Positions 61,954-64,000 of a DNA stretch of 64,000 bases are shown here, one piece after another. Below the pieces are notes generated by a model that was not told where the DNA came from, made no database searches, and worked only from the letters and a program-made list of their open reading frames with translations. The stretch's first letter is position 1, and each line of letters starts with the position of its first letter. The position numbers were made by a program, and so were the translations under genes. The stretch lies in contig CDMY01000646.1 of NCBI GenBank assembly GCA_001179505.1, positions 245,117-309,116 of the forward strand, written 5' to 3'. This stretch comes from Vitrella brassicaformis CCMP3155. Taxonomy: Eukaryota > Protista > Chromerida.

Positions 61954-63911
61954 TCAATCGTCAGGGAGGAAGCAGTCGAAGTCGTCGTTACATATGAGCT
62001 CCTCAGGGCAGTCGCCAGCTGTCAAGCATTGAACACACTCGGTGGTTTCTGTGTTGCATTTTCGCCTGCCCGGGAAGGGACAGTCGGCATCGGTCAAGCA
62101 TTGAACACACTCGGTGGTTTCTGTGTTGCATCGTTGAAGGTTTTCGTCGAAGCTACAGTCGGCATCGGTCAGGCATTGAACACACTCGGTGGTTTCTGTG
62201 TTGCATCTGAAGTCGCCGGGACAGTCGGTATCCTCAGTACATTCGAGACCAACCCGCACAGCGCATTCCTCTGAGATCTGTTGGTCGACGTGCTTCTGAC
62301 CCGCTCACACGTCCTTAATGTATCATAATCAGTGTCCGAACGAAGATCGATTCGCACCTTCTGGCACATCCAATCGCATGTAAAGTACTCAGACACCTAG
62401 CCGCAGCGGGATTAGTCTCGCGGAATACGGCAACGATACAAGTAAGGGGAATACGGCAACGATACAAGTAAGGGGAATACGGCAACGAAACAAACAAGCA
62501 GACGACAGAAACGATATAAGCAACAAAAGGAAAACAGGACAAAAGCCATTCAAGCAGGGAACGTAGAGAAACCACTGTGAGCAGATGCAGCGGACAAAAG
62601 AAAAAGAGCGTAGGCGCTACAGCTCAGGACAACCCCTCAATCCCTGGCGCTGCGGTCTTCTCGTGCGGAAGCTCTGCCCACGCTTGGCCTCGGCGGTTCG
62701 CTGGCTCCTTGAGGACGCAGAAGGGGAGGCCAGGCTAACATCAGATCTCCCTTGCCACGTCCAGCGCGACGGCCCAGGATGGATGTGGTTGTAGTCGAGT
62801 AGCTCACTCCAGGGCAGAAGGCCATCAAATGACGAAGTGACGAGGGCGCCAGTTAGATGACGATACGCATAGATCCACAAGATCTCGCACACCACCAGCC
62901 CGCTGGCGCCGACGGATGACGCTGGGAACGCTCACACAGTTGCGAAGATAGCGATGACGTAGAGGATAACGATGAGGGTGCTTCAGAGGGAACACCAATG
63001 ACTGGATCTCCCCCTTACAGACTGAGATCTGTTGGTCGACTCTGCTCTGGCGAATCGCACGGTGCCGCCCTCGTTGAATCCGACCAGGATGTTGACAGAA
63101 TACGTGCCGAGAGAACCCGCGGTGAAAGAAAGGACTTGGATAGTCGTAATCCCAGCGACGGATCCCTGACCCAATATTCCCTCAGGCAACTCCTCCTGCA
63201 TTGAGTCGGGTCATCCACACGGGCGTACACACACCAGGTGCGCTTTGCTTACCACTGTGACGCTATCCACAAGGGGACTCGTCTCGGGAACGGGATTGGG
63301 ATCACCGCCGAAGAAGGCTCTTGCGACTACACCGGCAGCATTTGGAGGAACGTCGGGCAGCTCCTCAATGACCCCGATTCGAATCTGACACGACACACGA
63401 GTGCACACCACACGCCCCCCGTGTGTGTCGAATGATGCATCGCCTCGATGGGCTCAGTGTCGTTGAGTGCGCACGTCCTCTATGTCGATGAGGAGGGTCG
63501 GTAGAGAGTTGGTCTCAATACATTCCGTCACCTTGTCAAAATCACACACACATCTGCAGGCAAACAGACAGGACAGTGTCATGCAGCCACGTGTGTCAAG
63601 AGACCACGGCCAGCCGGCCGTGTGTGGGATCGTACTCGACGTTTCCCGGGTGCAGTCGCCTCTTCTCGGCCCCGGCCGCGGTGTCATTGGCGCTGATCAA
63701 GGTGGGCGCTGTGTTGGGGCGGAGGAGGCCGGCACCGCTCGCGGCACACAGCGGCACCAGCCACGAGGGAAAGGCTAACGCCACACAGACGGCCAGGGAG
63801 CACATCAGACAGACAGACAGACAGAGAGGTGTCAGAGTGGCGTGTTAGGTGCCCACCTGCCAGTGAGACCACGAGCCACAGGACGGCAGGGGACAGCACA
63901 GACGACCGCAT
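61954..63911 (-). CDS. Secreted protein with C-terminal Cys-rich tandem repeats, interrupted by an insertion
   Basis: Signal peptide MRSSVLSPAVLWLVVSLA; exons ...GNVE|ECVCDFDK...IED|IRIGVIEE...SVTV|EELPEG... join in frame; terminal exon has (CNTETTECVQCLTxxDC)x3. The junction across the insertion is unresolved. Confidence 0.7.
62026..62206. repeat. Three near-identical coding repeats (72-75 bp period)
   Basis: gcattgaacacactcggtggtttctgtgttgcat at 62026, 62098 and 62173. Confidence 0.95.
62271..63040. mobile_element. 732-bp non-autonomous insertion (62290-63021) flanked by a perfect 19-bp direct repeat (probable target-site duplication)
   Basis: CTGAGATCTGTTGGTCGAC at 62271-62289 and 63022-63040. 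The sequence between lacks the host's microsatellites and separates two parts of one gene. Confidence 0.8.
62423..62488. repeat. 26-bp tandem repeat, about 2.5 copies, inside the insertion
   Basis: gaatacggcaacgatacaagtaaggg at 62423 and 62449, partial copy at 62475. Confidence 0.95.
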
Positions 63912-64000
63912 CACTGAGGCCTCCTCGGTCAGTGAGTGGGGGGAGGGAGACTGCAGCCGACAAGAGAGAACACAGCACTGTCAGGCAAAGCTTTGCCAGT

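Noticed and set aside
62026-62206. 34-bp repeats with 38-41 bp intervening sequence, superficially CRISPR-like
   Set aside because: In-frame coding repeats of a Cys-rich peptide; intervening parts are themselves homologous
62423-62488. 26-bp repeats as a CRISPR array
   Set aside because: Head-to-tail with no spacers, eukaryotic context, no cas genes
62441-63019. Solo LTR (TGTAAGGGG...CCCCTTAC)
   Set aside because: The end would be ACT not ACA, there is no 4-5 bp TSD at those positions, and the true boundaries are set by the 19-bp repeat
1-64000. tRNA, rRNA, prokaryotic operons or autonomous transposon ORFs
   Set aside because: No cloverleaf, rRNA-like tract, RT, integrase or transposase motifs seen by eye; tRNAscan-SE and Infernal were not run

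Overview
Eukaryotic, GC-rich, intron-dense genomic DNA. Introns are full of (CA)n, (GACA)n, (CATC)n, (GGCA)n and (GGGA)n microsatellites. The style and gene content best fit a chromerid alveolate such as Vitrella brassicaformis (inference). Most short ORFs in the track are artefacts; real genes had to be rebuilt by hand across GT-AG and a few GC-AG introns. The first 30 kb is a diverged ~9 kb inverted duplication (about 329-9110 and 20915-30322). Each arm carries a giant multi-exon gene: two tandem copies of an unrecognised ~550-aa domain, then a coiled coil and a C-terminal C3HC4 RING. The arms enclose a NEK-type kinase, a metacaspase and a small secreted protein. Next come an intronless ankyrin-like gene, an A1 aspartic protease, an LLP/Laps-like protein, a twin-Cx9C mitochondrial-type protein, a Bub1-like kinase, a Pol lambda-like X-family polymerase, mannose-6-phosphate isomerase and an FKBP. 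A ~7 kb gene then joins Unkempt-type CCCH zinc fingers, an RGG region, an IRE1/RNase L-like pseudokinase and a KEN-like domain. After a 300-N gap, a secreted Cys-repeat gene is interrupted by a 732-bp insertion flanked by a perfect 19-bp direct repeat. The most novel-looking items are the zinc finger-pseudokinase-KEN protein, the variable tandem-domain RING gene pair and the long-TSD insertion. No database searches were run; family calls rest on recognised motifs.
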